From the IMG/VR virus record IMGVR_UViG_3300046167_000883, positions 1 through 64,000 of that record: a stretch of DNA of 64,000 nt; one strand, written 5' to 3'. This document shows positions 49,064 through 57,380 of this stretch, in pieces. The translations under genes were made by a program, and so were the position numbers. The DNA is from a virus. The notes beneath the pieces are model-generated. The model worked only from the letters and a program-made list of their open reading frames with translations, had not been told where the DNA came from and made no database searches. Every line of letters starts with the position of its first letter. The first letter of the stretch is position 1.

Positions 49064-49069
49064 TTACAC
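49064..49069 (-). promoter_or_regulatory. GTGTAA element 9 nt upstream of the tape measure ATG
   Basis: Recurring motif. Confidence 0.6.
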
Positions 49070-49073
49070 TAAA

Positions 49074-50051
49074 TTATAGTCCGTGCATCTCCATCATTTG
49101 TTTCATATCTAATTTTCCTCCTTTTTTCTTTAATTCTTCGGAAAGTTCTACCGTTTCTTCGTTAGATTTTTTTACAATATCTAAATCATCCTTTCTGGCC
49201 CCAAAGTAAGTCGTCCCTCCAGAGCCTTGAGAGGCCCTTGTTTGTCTGCCGCCGTCATTTTTTTGAGCATCATAAAACTCTAACAACAATTCTGGGTCCT
49301 TTTGGACATATTCTGGTATTGTTTTTTGTGTATTTTTAAAAATATTTAAAAATGTTCTTGAATAAGATATAAGCTTCAACTGAAAGCATGTTAAGTCTTT
49401 CAAAGGTTTTCCAAACATACCAATCACATCTTCCGCAAAAGATAAATAAATAGAAAAATACGGAGACAAAACAGCTTTTGATATATTTGCATCACACATT
49501 CTGTTGAAAAAATCTTGCTGAAGATCCATCACCTCTATGTCTTTTGTCAAATCATTGTATTCTATATTGTCGAAAACAGAATTTTTGAAATCTTTATCTA
49601 AAAACAAAAGCTTATCGAAAAAATCCTTTTGGGATCGTTTGTTCGCGTATTTTTCAGCAGTTAAACCAATCAAAGATTCTCTATCAGAAGAAGTTTTTAT
49701 TAATTTATCCTCTTCTAGTTTTATTAATTTTTTATGGTTTTCTCTTTGAGAGGGTAAAGTAATTTTAGTTAAGGAAGACTTTAAATTCTCTATAAACTTT
49801 TTCTTTTCTTGTATCTCTCTTTCTTTTTTGTCGTCCCACATTCCCTCTTTAAATAATTCATCTAAAGACTCCTGCTCTGTGGGCAAGCCCCTCTGTTTTG
49901 CCTCTACTATATAGATTTTTTTATTTAATTCTATTCTTCTCGCGTCATCCTGAAAAAAATGCTTAACATAAATGGGGCCAAAGCTTGACTCCAAGACAGT
50001 GACCCCATCAAATATCTCTATGACTATATCGGCTAAATTATCTTCATTCAT
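49074..50051 (-). CDS. Hypothetical protein, probable tail assembly chaperone
   Basis: Charged helical protein immediately upstream of the tape measure gene. Confidence 0.55.
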   Translation of the reverse strand: MNEDNLADIVIEIFDGVTVLESSFGPIYVKHFFQDDARRIELNKKIYIVEAKQRGLPTEQESLDELFKEGMWDDKKEREIQEKKKFIENLKSSLTKITLPSQRENHKKLIKLEEDKLIKTSSDRESLIGLTAEKYANKRSQKDFFDKLLFLDKDFKNSVFDNIEYNDLTKDIEVMDLQQDFFNRMCDANISKAVLSPYFSIYLSFAEDVIGMFGKPLKDLTCFQLKLISYSRTFLNIFKNTQKTIPEYVQKDPELLLEFYDAQKNDGGRQTRASQGSGGTTYFGARKDDLDIVKKSNEETVELSEELKKKGGKLDMKQMMEMHGL

Positions 50052-50769
50052 TCTTCTCTAAGAATGCTTTAATATCTTTTTCACTTACTGTGTTGTTGTA
50101 GAACCAGTAAGATACTACGGCTAAAAATGTCTTGAGTGCTTCTTTTTCAATTTCGTCACCCCCTTCATCCTTCTCGTAAAGATCTTCTAGTTGATCTTCG
50201 TATAAAATACCATCAAAGAAGTTTTCCTCTTCTCCATCTTTTAGTTTTTTGGCTAATTGAATAGTGTACCACAAAAGCATCGATCTTTCCGCTCTTGCAT
50301 CTGCGGTATGCTCATAAACACCTTGCATAGCAACTTCAAGTTCTGCAAGCTCCTGGCGCAAAGATACAAGTTCTGCTTCTAACTCTTCTACTTTTTTTTC
50401 TTCTCCCTTTGTGGCGGTGAGAAGTTGAATTTCATTGGATAGTTCGTTACTTCTTTGTAGCTTGCGAACCATATCCTTCATTTCGTCTTCTGTTAGTGGG
50501 CCGCCAGTATCGGCATACTTCTTAATCATCATTGACTTGGTGACGATTCCACGCTTTACGTTTTTACTTAGCTCGATTGCGTATTGAGCTTCACCCTCAT
50601 CAATAATTCTTCGCGTAGGCTTTTTAACAAGAAACTCAATCGGAGTTTTAACCGTTTTATTTTGTAAAACAGTTTCCATTTCTCCAGTTTCTTTATTTTT
50701 TCGTTCTACTTCTACCTTTTTCTTTTCTTGTGTATTAAGAGTAAACTTATAAATATTTCCTTGTGCCAT
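50044..50769 (-). CDS. Hypothetical protein, probable tail assembly chaperone
   Basis: Coiled-coil acidic protein; HTADARA motif echoes LTAEKYA of the next gene. Confidence 0.55.
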   Translation of the reverse strand: MAQGNIYKFTLNTQEKKKVEVERKNKETGEMETVLQNKTVKTPIEFLVKKPTRRIIDEGEAQYAIELSKNVKRGIVTKSMMIKKYADTGGPLTEDEMKDMVRKLQRSNELSNEIQLLTATKGEEKKVEELEAELVSLRQELAELEVAMQGVYEHTADARAERSMLLWYTIQLAKKLKDGEEENFFDGILYEDQLEDLYEKDEGGDEIEKEALKTFLAVVSYWFYNNTVSEKDIKAFLEKNE

Positions 50770-50771
50770 AA

Positions 50772-51059
50772 TTATTTAAATTTAAATTCTACAGTGAGAT
50801 TCTCCACCTCACTATGATAATCCCTTAAAACAGAATTTCCAAGATCTAATACTTTTTTTCTATAATTTATAAAATAATCCTCATCAAAGTAATCAGCCAT
50901 ATTGATTAAATCATGATACTCTTCTGGTAGACTATCATAAAGTTTCGCGAAATTAACTTCGTGATTAGATTGCAAATCTTCAAGTATATTCAAAAACGAT
51001 TTGAATAAAAAACGGATATAGTAATCCGAACGATCATTTAAAAAATCCTGCGCCTTCAT
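50772..51059 (-). CDS. Hypothetical protein
   Basis: 95 aa first gene of the leftward tail unit. Confidence 0.7.
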   Translation of the reverse strand: MKAQDFLNDRSDYYIRFLFKSFLNILEDLQSNHEVNFAKLYDSLPEEYHDLINMADYFDEDYFINYRKKVLDLGNSVLRDYHSEVENLTVEFKFK

Positions 51060-51077
51060 CCTTGTGCCTGAATTTAT

Positions 51078-51096
51078 TTACACAAAATTTGTGTAA
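51078..51096. promoter_or_regulatory. Back-to-back GTGTAA elements (divergent putative late promoters)
   Basis: TTACAC-AAAATTT-GTGTAA inverted repeat between divergent structural operons; the + copy is 8 nt before ATG 51105. Confidence 0.7.
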
Positions 51097-51104
51097 TATA
51101 GAAT

Positions 51105-51563
51105 ATGCCAACCTCATATATATCAGACGCCCTAAAAACACAACTCCAAGGAACTATAGATAATCTACACGAAACCTTCGCCAGAACAATCACTGTTTAT
51201 GAAGAAGGAGAAAAAGTTTTAATCGCAGCGAGTTCTACATATAATGGTGTTTATGGCAAAACAAACACAGGAAACACCTCAGTTTCTAGAACAGTTGTTT
51301 CACATAGCATTAAAGCTAGAATTAAATATATAAACGCTAAAGACGAGACTTTATCCGACAGCGAAATAAACTCTCAACCAGATATTGATTTAATTAACGG
51401 ATCTGTAAGAATTACAGTTGATCCAAGTGGATTTGAAATTCTCAAAGAGGCAAAAAGGTGTGAATTTGAAGGGCGCAAATATGAAATTTCAAGCAAGGGA
51501 AGTGCAACTGGAATGCTTGGCCCACAATATTATCACTTTTTCCTAAAGCCTCTAGATGAGTAA
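51105..51563 (+). CDS. Putative head-closure / head-tail joining protein
   Basis: Beta-rich 152 aa; FEGRKYEI...YHFFLK C-terminus; first gene of a neck-tail operon. Confidence 0.5.
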   Translation: MPTSYISDALKTQLQGTIDNLHETFARTITVYEEGEKVLIAASSTYNGVYGKTNTGNTSVSRTVVSHSIKARIKYINAKDETLSDSEINSQPDIDLINGSVRITVDPSGFEILKEAKRCEFEGRKYEISSKGSATGMLGPQYYHFFLKPLDE

Positions 51564-52149
51564 TTACGAATACTACACAGAAATTCGAACAATTTTAGAA
51601 AATCAAATACCTGGACTTGCAAGAAATCAGGTACAAAAACTTTTTCGTACAGCTTTTCAGAAAAAGAAAAACCAAATGATTTCTGAGTTTTTAAACCACC
51701 CCGTGACAAAAGAGATTGAGATGGGAATAAACGCAAAAAATATTAGCGGCACACTTGGCGGCGGCAGTGGCAATCTTTTTTCTTTTATTGGTTTTGAAGA
51801 AGGATACGATCCAATTGGCCCAATTGAAGAGGTTTTACTTAGAACCGACTTTAAACTTACAAAAGTAACAAAAAGAGAAATTGAATTTTCTGTAATCCTC
51901 CCAGAGCCAAGAGATGTTTTTTCCGTCACCCCCATGCCTTGGGCAAGTGGCAGAAGCTGGGCAAAGGGCATCGAAACAGGAATATCTGGACTTGGATACT
52001 ATTTATTAAAATCAACTAAAAACAGTAGATCTGGTTTGGGTATCCAATCCCCTCGCAAAGTTAGAAAAAAGTCAAGATTTAAGAATACTCAATACATCAC
52101 AGCTTTCATAAGGAAGTACGAAAAAGAATTTTCCAACTTAGAACTATAA
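51556..52149 (+). CDS. Putative neck / tail completion protein
   Basis: Position between head closure and tail terminator genes; basic C-terminus. Confidence 0.45.
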   Translation: MSNYEYYTEIRTILENQIPGLARNQVQKLFRTAFQKKKNQMISEFLNHPVTKEIEMGINAKNISGTLGGGSGNLFSFIGFEEGYDPIGPIEEVLLRTDFKLTKVTKREIEFSVILPEPRDVFSVTPMPWASGRSWAKGIETGISGLGYYLLKSTKNSRSGLGIQSPRKVRKKSRFKNTQYITAFIRKYEKEFSNLEL

Positions 52150-52155
52150 GTGTAA
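52150..52155 (+). promoter_or_regulatory. GTGTAA element 10 nt upstream of ATG 52166
   Basis: Recurring motif. Confidence 0.6.
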
Positions 52156-52165
52156 ATATATTTTA

Positions 52166-53017
52166 ATGAAGCCGCAATACCAGCATAAAGTAATTACAAG
52201 TTTCCTTTTGTGGTTTGATAACCATCTTCTAAAAAAAGGAGAGGCTTATTCAAATAAAACTGGCACACTACACTACCTTGACGACTCAAGATTACCAGAT
52301 TCTTACAAAACTTATTCAAGCCCCTACAAGCAGTGGGTTACAGATAGCTCTATAGTTGGTTCTGAAAATCCGATTATCCCCACACAATTCATGGGTAGCG
52401 GAAGAAATGATGGTATCATTTTTGATTTTGAAAATGGTAGAATTATTGAAACGGGCGGCAGTTTTGACACGCAAGAAACAATTACTGGGACTTTTGCGGT
52501 AAAAGATTTCAATATCTATCTCACAAACGAAACAGAAGAAGATTTAATTTTAGAAAACAAATTTGTACAAAACAGTAGATATGGCGATTCTGAAAACGGA
52601 ATTAAACCATACGATCAAGTTGTGCCAGCTATTTTTATTAATAGCGAAACTATTCAAAATGTCCCATTTGCTTTTGGCGGAGAAGATGAAACAAGAATGA
52701 CGATTAAAGCTGTTGTTTTGGCAGAAGATTCTTACAGCTTAGATGGTGTGCTTTCCATCTTTGCCGACTCAAGACACGAAAATGTTAATATAATTCCATT
52801 CAGCGGTCACCCCGCCACAGAATACGGAGACATCAAAAACGGCTCCTATAACTATACAGACCTCATCAATACCCACAAGGGTTCGGAAGTTCCTTTATAT
52901 ATTGAAGATGTGGTCGTATCAAAACTTTCAGATAAAGCACAAAAACAATCCATAGGGGATTTAAAGGTTGGTTTCATTGATTTTGATGTATATCAGCATA
53001 GGTTCCCTAGATTATAA
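52166..53017 (+). CDS. Putative tail terminator protein
   Basis: VPAIFI...PFAFGG...GFIDFDV pattern; directly precedes the tail tube gene. Confidence 0.5.
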   Translation: MKPQYQHKVITSFLLWFDNHLLKKGEAYSNKTGTLHYLDDSRLPDSYKTYSSPYKQWVTDSSIVGSENPIIPTQFMGSGRNDGIIFDFENGRIIETGGSFDTQETITGTFAVKDFNIYLTNETEEDLILENKFVQNSRYGDSENGIKPYDQVVPAIFINSETIQNVPFAFGGEDETRMTIKAVVLAEDSYSLDGVLSIFADSRHENVNIIPFSGHPATEYGDIKNGSYNYTDLINTHKGSEVPLYIEDVVVSKLSDKAQKQSIGDLKVGFIDFDVYQHRFPRL

Positions 53018-53060
53018 ATTTCACATTTAACTTAAAAAACTGTAAACAATATAAAATATC

Positions 53061-54167
53061 ATGGCTAGAAATCGAGTAATTTATCAATCCGAAGCTTTGT
53101 ACGTCAGTGAAGATGCTTCTTCAACTGCGAAAACAAAGCACGAGCAACTCCAAAGAGTTCAATCCGCGAACTATTCCTTTAATATTTCGCGTCAAGACAT
53201 CAATCAGTATGGTCAACTTGGTCGCATTGATTCTGTTGTTTTAGAAGCACCAACGGTATCTTTTGATACGAGCTACTATCTTGGCGATGGTTTCAATGAG
53301 GAAGCTCTTGGGTTTGGCGAAGATAGTGCCTTTGGGGTTGGTTTTGCCTCTGGTCACATGACAGCAACATCTGGCAAAAATCTTTACATTTTGACATCTC
53401 CAGAAGGTGTTGATACAATCCAAAATGATTCAGGTAGTTCTGTAATTGGAATTGGCAACGCTTATTTAACCGATTATACACTTGACGCTTCTGTTGGATC
53501 TATCCCAACGGTTTCTGTATCCTTTGAGGGCGCTAACATCGCAGCAGATAATGCTATTAGTGGTAGCGCTGCTGGTTATAGTGGATTTAGCACCTGCGCA
53601 ATTAAAACAGATGACGGAACTAAATTAACTAATGCAGTTACATTGCCAGCAGCTACAACTGGTGTAGGTTCAGTTACAGCGCTTCGTCCTGGCGACATTT
53701 CAATTGATTTTGGAGACGCTTCTTCACAGGCTGAAGACGGCCCGATTGTTAACATTGATTCAGATGAAGACGGCGCCCACATTCAAAGCGCGTCTCTCTC
53801 AATTGGGATGTCTCGTTCACCACTTGAAAGACTTGGAACTAAGTTCCCGTTTGCAAGAACTGTTGATTTCCCAGTAACCGCCTCCCTTAGTGTTTCTGCT
53901 ATCGTCAATGAAGTTACGGCTGCAAACCTTGCCGATATTATTAGCGGTCAAGATGCAACTACTATTCAAGTGACCTTTAAAGACACTAACGGAACTGCTG
54001 CCGCTTCCTACAAGCTCGTTGGCGCAAAACTTGATTCAGAATCCTTTAGTTCTGCAATTGGTTCCAACAAAACTGCTGATCTAACATTCTCAGTTCAAAT
54101 TGGTGGTCCAAACGATACAACTAATAATATTCTGTTCTCTGGAGCAAACTCAACTACTCCATTTTAA
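53061..54167 (+). CDS. Major tail tube protein
   Basis: Ser/Thr/Ala-rich beta protein, followed by a strong terminator; paralogs elsewhere in the tail module. Confidence 0.7.
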   Translation: MARNRVIYQSEALYVSEDASSTAKTKHEQLQRVQSANYSFNISRQDINQYGQLGRIDSVVLEAPTVSFDTSYYLGDGFNEEALGFGEDSAFGVGFASGHMTATSGKNLYILTSPEGVDTIQNDSGSSVIGIGNAYLTDYTLDASVGSIPTVSVSFEGANIAADNAISGSAAGYSGFSTCAIKTDDGTKLTNAVTLPAATTGVGSVTALRPGDISIDFGDASSQAEDGPIVNIDSDEDGAHIQSASLSIGMSRSPLERLGTKFPFARTVDFPVTASLSVSAIVNEVTAANLADIISGQDATTIQVTFKDTNGTAAASYKLVGAKLDSESFSSAIGSNKTADLTFSVQIGGPNDTTNNILFSGANSTTPF

Positions 54168-54192
54168 TAATATATACTAAATAAACTTACTA

Positions 54193-54218
54193 GCCGCCCT
54201 TCGGGGCGGTTTTTTTTT
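54193..54218 (+). terminator. Intrinsic terminator with UUCG loop
   Basis: GCCGCCC-TTCG-GGGCGGT followed by a T run. Confidence 0.85.
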
Positions 54219-54224
54219 GTGTAA
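54219..54224 (+). promoter_or_regulatory. GTGTAA element 9 nt upstream of ATG 54234
   Basis: Recurring motif located immediately after a terminator. Confidence 0.65.
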
Positions 54225-54233
54225 ATAAACTAT

Positions 54234-57200
54234 ATGGCAAGAAATAGGACAATCTACCAATCAGAGGCTATTTATGTTAGCGATAATATTAATTCAATTA
54301 CTAAATCAGAACATAAAAACATAAGTAGGGTACAATCTGCAAATTATGGATTTTCTATTAATAGAGAAAGGGTTAACCAATACGGCCAACTTGGTGAAAT
54401 AGATTCTATTGTAGTTGAGGCGCCAAATGTTGACTTTGAAATGTCCTATTATCTCACCAATGGGGATAATGAATACTTTTTAAATTTGGATACTGGTTAT
54501 GGCGGCTTTTTAAAAAATCAAATAATAAGTTCTGGCCAAAATATCTACATCGCTAACACAAAAGAAGGTTCTGATATAAACGACACAAGCGCCAATGACT
54601 TTAATGTCATTAGTATCGGCAATGCGTTTGTAACAGATTATACAGTAGATTTTGGCGTCGGCTCCCTGCCCAAAGTAAATGTCGGATTCTCTGCTTTAAA
54701 TATTTCCTCTCAAACAAATCTAACAAAAACATCTGGTCATTTTGTTGGTATTGAAAACGCGGGTGTTAATCCACTGAACGGAGTTAAAAGCACACAACAA
54801 ATAGAAGTTCTAGCTGAAATTAATCAATCTGGACAAAGCGCAATTCGTCCATCCGATACATCCATAACAATCACCCCAACAAAAACGCTTGGGGATAACG
54901 ATTCAATATCAATCCTCTCAACACTTGATAGTGGCGCACATATTCAGACAGCTTCGCTTAATGTAAATCTAGATAGAACAAGTTTGCAAAGATTGGGTAG
55001 TAATCTCGCTTATGCTAAAGTTGTAGAACCTCCTACAAATGCCACCGTTTCAATTAGCGCTATAGTTAACGAAGTTAAATCTTCATCTCTTTCTGATATT
55101 TTAGATCACTCAAACGAATATACAATCGAGATAGAATCAGTAGATCCAGACGGATATCAGTTATGTAAGTATTCTTTAGTTGGTGCAAAATTAGACTCAG
55201 AATCTTTTGGCTCTGCCATTGGATCAAATAAAGTTGTTGATTTGACTTTTACAACTCAGTTGGGCGGAATTGGTCAAACTAACTATAATATGTTTTTTGA
55301 GAAATATGGGTTCTTGGATTTCTTCCCTTCAGCAGCCGCCGCATATTCTCTTAGAAATTTAACCGCAGACTTTGATCAAAAAATTGTTAGAGTTCGTAGA
55401 GAATCTGACAACTCTGAAAGAGATTTTACCGAATACGATATTAAAAACGGCACAATGGTTGATTGGGTTAATAAGCAAGTTATTCGCCCATTAGATATTC
55501 GAAAATTGGATGACGCAAATGGCAACCGTCCAGATACAAACGATTTTATTGATACTCCCGCCGCCGCTTATTCTCTTCGTAGTTTAGGGGAGAACCAAGC
55601 AAATATAACAATTGACGATTCTAGCGATGAGAGAGACGGGGAAACTGGAAAGTTCGTAGTACAGACGCGCCGCAACGTGGACGGAGCCACCAAGAGCTTT
55701 ACCGCTGACGAGGTTACTGACGGTACGCTGGAGAATTTTGTAAGTACTGGTGAGGTTGTTTATTCCAGCGACTTCAGCGTGAACGCAAACAACGTAATCC
55801 ACAATGTTGGTGCAACCAAATTAAGTGTAACTGGAAACAATGATGGAATAAGTGACGGCTCCGTCACTAAGGACAATGTACTGAAGGTTGAAAACATTGG
55901 TGATGTTCCTGCTGCCCCGCAGCTTAGAATTAACACCGATGAGTACGAGGACTCAACAAAGGGTTCGGTTACCTTTACTTATTACGTACCAACTGGTCAT
56001 CCTATTGTTGGCAACTACTGGCACATAGGTGCTTCCTTGGCTGTTGATGGAACTGAGACATCTTACTCTCCTGCTGGTGTTCAGATTGTAGGAGGTGTTT
56101 GGACTACAGCTACAGTTGCTTACGAGAACAAGCCAAGTACAAAACGATTTTTAACAATCATTGACGAGGAAGTAGCTGACGGTACTGCACCTGCATTTAT
56201 TCCAGAGGGTGATGTTGGTGACTTCTATTACATCAGTGAAATCAAAGTGTACCGCAACGAGGAGCTAGGGCTTCCTCTTGACCAAGCTACAGGAGCAGCA
56301 GCGGCTTACTCCCTGCGTAACCTTAGCTCAAGCTACACTGGTGATGTTGTAGAGGTACGCCGTAACGTGGACGGGGAGACTGAGGGCTTTACCGCTGCCG
56401 AGGTTACTGACGGTACGATGGAGAAGTGGGTCGAAGGTTGGGAACTTTATACACCCAGTACCAAGACGCTTATAAATGAGCCATACTGGGATTTGATTCC
56501 TACTGATAATCAAAACTTTCAGATAATAAGTAACAATGCTGACTCCGAAAGTGCAAGCTGGCGGCAAGTTAGCTTGGTTAATTCGCAAGACCTTAGAGTT
56601 GGAAAAACCCTAGTTACATTCGATGTAACGGTTAATAGTGGTACACTTAGTACTGGCAACACGGACACTTCACTTTCTTTATACGGAAGGGATGGTTCTT
56701 TAGATGGCAATATTTCTGATATTAAGCAGCTTAGTGAAGGGTTTAATTCGCATATACTGGAAACCGTTGACAACGCATTTGGTCACGTTCCAGATATTTT
56801 CTTTTCCAGCGGACCAAATAGTAAGTTTGACGTAACAATCTCCAACCTCAAGGTCTACAAAAGCGTCGTCAACGAGCTTCCTCTTGACCAAACAAACTCT
56901 TATTCCTCCGTAACCTTTACTGGGACTTGGGCTGAAGCCAAGGCTCACGCTGAGGCTAACGGGGGGAGACTTGCTGTTTTAGATACGCAACAAAAAATTG
57001 ATGCAGCCAATAAATATTTACTGTCCTTGGGAAGCTGGGGGACTCATTGGATTGGGTTAAGCGACATTGATACCGAGGGTTCATTTACTTGGATAACTGG
57101 CAAGGGACTTACCGCGAACCAATGGAAAGACGGCGAACCTAATAATGCTGGAGATGAGGATGTTGTTGAAATTGTAAACGGTGACACTTCAACTGGTGTG

Positions 57201-57380
57201 CGCGGTTGGAATGACAGTAAAGTAACAACTATAAGAAACTTTTATTTGTTTGAAACGCAGGAATCCAAAGCAGCTTACTCCCTGCGTAACCTTAGCTCAA
57301 GCTTCACTGGCAATGTGGTTGAGGTACGCCGTTCAAGCGATGATGCATACACGGAGCTTTACGGCATCCGAGGTTGCTGA
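54234..57380 (+). CDS. Giant tail protein, N-terminal part: tail-tube paralog, four AAYSLR half-domains, CBM-like inserts and a C-type lectin; continues into 57374..60277 across two frameshifts
   Basis: First ~355 aa parallel the tail tube (MARNRxIYQSEA); AAYSLR at about 55340, 55565, 56300 and 57275; TWAEAKAHAEANGGRLA...WIGLSD...EPNN...WND C-type lectin. Confidence 0.8.
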   Translation: MARNRTIYQSEAIYVSDNINSITKSEHKNISRVQSANYGFSINRERVNQYGQLGEIDSIVVEAPNVDFEMSYYLTNGDNEYFLNLDTGYGGFLKNQIISSGQNIYIANTKEGSDINDTSANDFNVISIGNAFVTDYTVDFGVGSLPKVNVGFSALNISSQTNLTKTSGHFVGIENAGVNPLNGVKSTQQIEVLAEINQSGQSAIRPSDTSITITPTKTLGDNDSISILSTLDSGAHIQTASLNVNLDRTSLQRLGSNLAYAKVVEPPTNATVSISAIVNEVKSSSLSDILDHSNEYTIEIESVDPDGYQLCKYSLVGAKLDSESFGSAIGSNKVVDLTFTTQLGGIGQTNYNMFFEKYGFLDFFPSAAAAYSLRNLTADFDQKIVRVRRESDNSERDFTEYDIKNGTMVDWVNKQVIRPLDIRKLDDANGNRPDTNDFIDTPAAAYSLRSLGENQANITIDDSSDERDGETGKFVVQTRRNVDGATKSFTADEVTDGTLENFVSTGEVVYSSDFSVNANNVIHNVGATKLSVTGNNDGISDGSVTKDNVLKVENIGDVPAAPQLRINTDEYEDSTKGSVTFTYYVPTGHPIVGNYWHIGASLAVDGTETSYSPAGVQIVGGVWTTATVAYENKPSTKRFLTIIDEEVADGTAPAFIPEGDVGDFYYISEIKVYRNEELGLPLDQATGAAAAYSLRNLSSSYTGDVVEVRRNVDGETEGFTAAEVTDGTMEKWVEGWELYTPSTKTLINEPYWDLIPTDNQNFQIISNNADSESASWRQVSLVNSQDLRVGKTLVTFDVTVNSGTLSTGNTDTSLSLYGRDGSLDGNISDIKQLSEGFNSHILETVDNAFGHVPDIFFSSGPNSKFDVTISNLKVYKSVVNELPLDQTNSYSSVTFTGTWAEAKAHAEANGGRLAVLDTQQKIDAANKYLLSLGSWGTHWIGLSDIDTEGSFTWITGKGLTANQWKDGEPNNAGDEDVVEIVNGDTSTGVRGWNDSKVTTIRNFYLFETQESKAAYSLRNLSSSFTGNVVEVRRSSDDAYTELYGIRGC

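Noticed and set aside
49074-50769. Programmed G/GT-type tail chaperone frameshift
   Set aside because: The genes simply overlap, each with its own ATG; no slippery heptamer seen near the junction
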